Positions 62,746 through 64,000 of a stretch of DNA of 64,000 nt are shown in pieces. Position numbers and translations under genes: made by a program. How positions within the stretch are numbered: position 1 is the first letter of the stretch; each line of letters begins with the position of its first letter. Below the pieces are notes generated by a model. That model worked only from the letters and a program-made list of their open reading frames with translations. It ran no database searches and had not been told where the DNA came from. The DNA lies in NCBI GenBank assembly GCA_964016885.1, contig OZ024740.1, positions 211,668,001 through 211,732,000 of the forward strand, written 5' to 3'. Source of the stretch: Eledone cirrhosa. Its lineage: Eukaryota.

Positions 62746-63490
62746 TGTGTGTGTGTATGTGTGTGTGTATGTGAGGTGTGAGGTGTCTGTATGTGTGTCA
62801 GTGTCTCGTGTCAGTGTGTGTCTGTGACAGTGTGTGTCGGTGTATCGCGCGTGTGTGTGTGTCTGTCAGTATGTGTGTGTCTGTGTTTCGCGTGTCAGTG
62901 TGTGTCTGTGTATGTGTCAGTGTGTGTGTCTGTGTGTGTGTCAGTGTGCGTGTGTGTATGTGTCTCTGTGTGTCTGTGTGTGTGTCTGTCTGTCTGTGTG
63001 TGTCTGTCTGTCTGTGTGTGTGTGTATGTGCGTGTGTGTCTGTCTGTCTGTCTGTGTGTATGTGTGTGCATGTGTGTCTGTGTGTGTGTGCATGTGTGTC
63101 TGTGTGTGTATGTGTGTCTGTATGTGTGTCTGTGTGTGTGTATGTGTGTCTGTGTGTGTGTATGTGTGTCTGTGTGTGTGTATATATGCATGTATCTTTT
63201 GTGAGAAAATATAACAAAACAGATCTTAAGCTGTTACTTTACACACACACACATGTATTCACTTACACACACATGTATGTACTTACACACACACACATGT
63301 ATGCACTTACACATACACACATACACACACACACACACACATGTATGTACATACTACACACACATGTATGTACTTATTACACACAAACACACATTTATGT
63401 ACTTACACACACATTTATGTACTTACACACACATATATGTAGTTACACACACACATGTATGTACTTATAACACACACAAATGTATGTACT
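62714..63490. repeat. (TG)n-rich followed by (CA)n-rich low-complexity tracts
   Basis: Directly visible. Confidence 0.95.
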
Positions 63491-63736
63491 TACTCTCGGG
63501 TCTTGAATAATTCTCCCCCCACTCCGCTTATTAATTTTTCAGATTTTTCCACACACACACACACACCCCTTAATCCACCCACCCCTCCTTTATTATATTT
63601 TCCTAATCTGTCCCCAGTAATTTTATTTTAAGTGGTAGCATTTGTGCAACATGTGATTTTCTTTAGACATTAAAAAACATTATACATGACAAAAACAAAA
63701 AGAACATTACTAGAAATTCCATATGTTTTCAAGTAA

Positions 63737-64000
63737 ACTAGCAGAATGGCCCGGCGTTGCTCGGGATTTGCTCTAGGGTTCTTGTATATTTGATATATAT
63801 TTACCCTTATCGAGCCTCGTGAAATAAATACGTTTGTTTATATTTTGTTATTGTGTAGGCAAAAATATCTGTACACGAATATATAATTATATATATATAT
63901 ATATATAAAAAATAACAGATTAAAGTTTAAGCAAAGAATCGCTGCTTTCACCCTTAACGGGATCTTCTGAAACTAAAAAAAATCAATCTGTGAACGCAGA
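63737..64000 (+). mobile_element. Helitron/HINE-like non-autonomous element inserted into a MITE (63491-63735)
   Basis: Begins ACTAGCAGAATGGCCCGGCGTTGCTCGGG (short subterminal hairpin) and has a second copy at about 46480-46725. Confidence 0.55.

Noticed and set aside
62778-63510. Cys/Val and His/Thr-rich ORFs
   Set aside because: These are (TG)n/(CA)n microsatellite translations.

Overview
AT-rich animal genomic DNA, most likely a cephalopod (octopus-like) judging from the SINE and LINE repertoire; this is an inference. About 85-90% of the window is repeat-derived and there is one 200-N gap (47029-47228). One host gene is recognisable: CCDC13 on the + strand, with small coding exons at ~30310-30357, 32245-32316, 39205-39310, 44106-44245 and 60671-60784. 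Around and inside it lie non-LTR retroelements of many clades (RTE with an embedded PHD finger, CR1, Tx1/L1, R4/Dong, CRE), tRNA-SINEs, Tc1/mariner and pogo MITEs, a Helitron-like element, three minisatellites (44, 53 and 12 bp units) and at least seven Penelope-like element (PLE) insertions, mostly in (TA)n. The most striking signal is a dense set of about 11 minimal type-I hammerhead ribozymes from six PLE lineages, with variant cores. These include a very young, near-intact Naiad-type PLE (pLTR-ORF-pLTR plus a 3.3-kb inverted copy) and a fold-back insertion whose hairpin apex is a hammerhead stem II. Six of the ribozymes are in the sense orientation inside CCDC13 introns. All calls were made by reading the sequence; no database searches were run.
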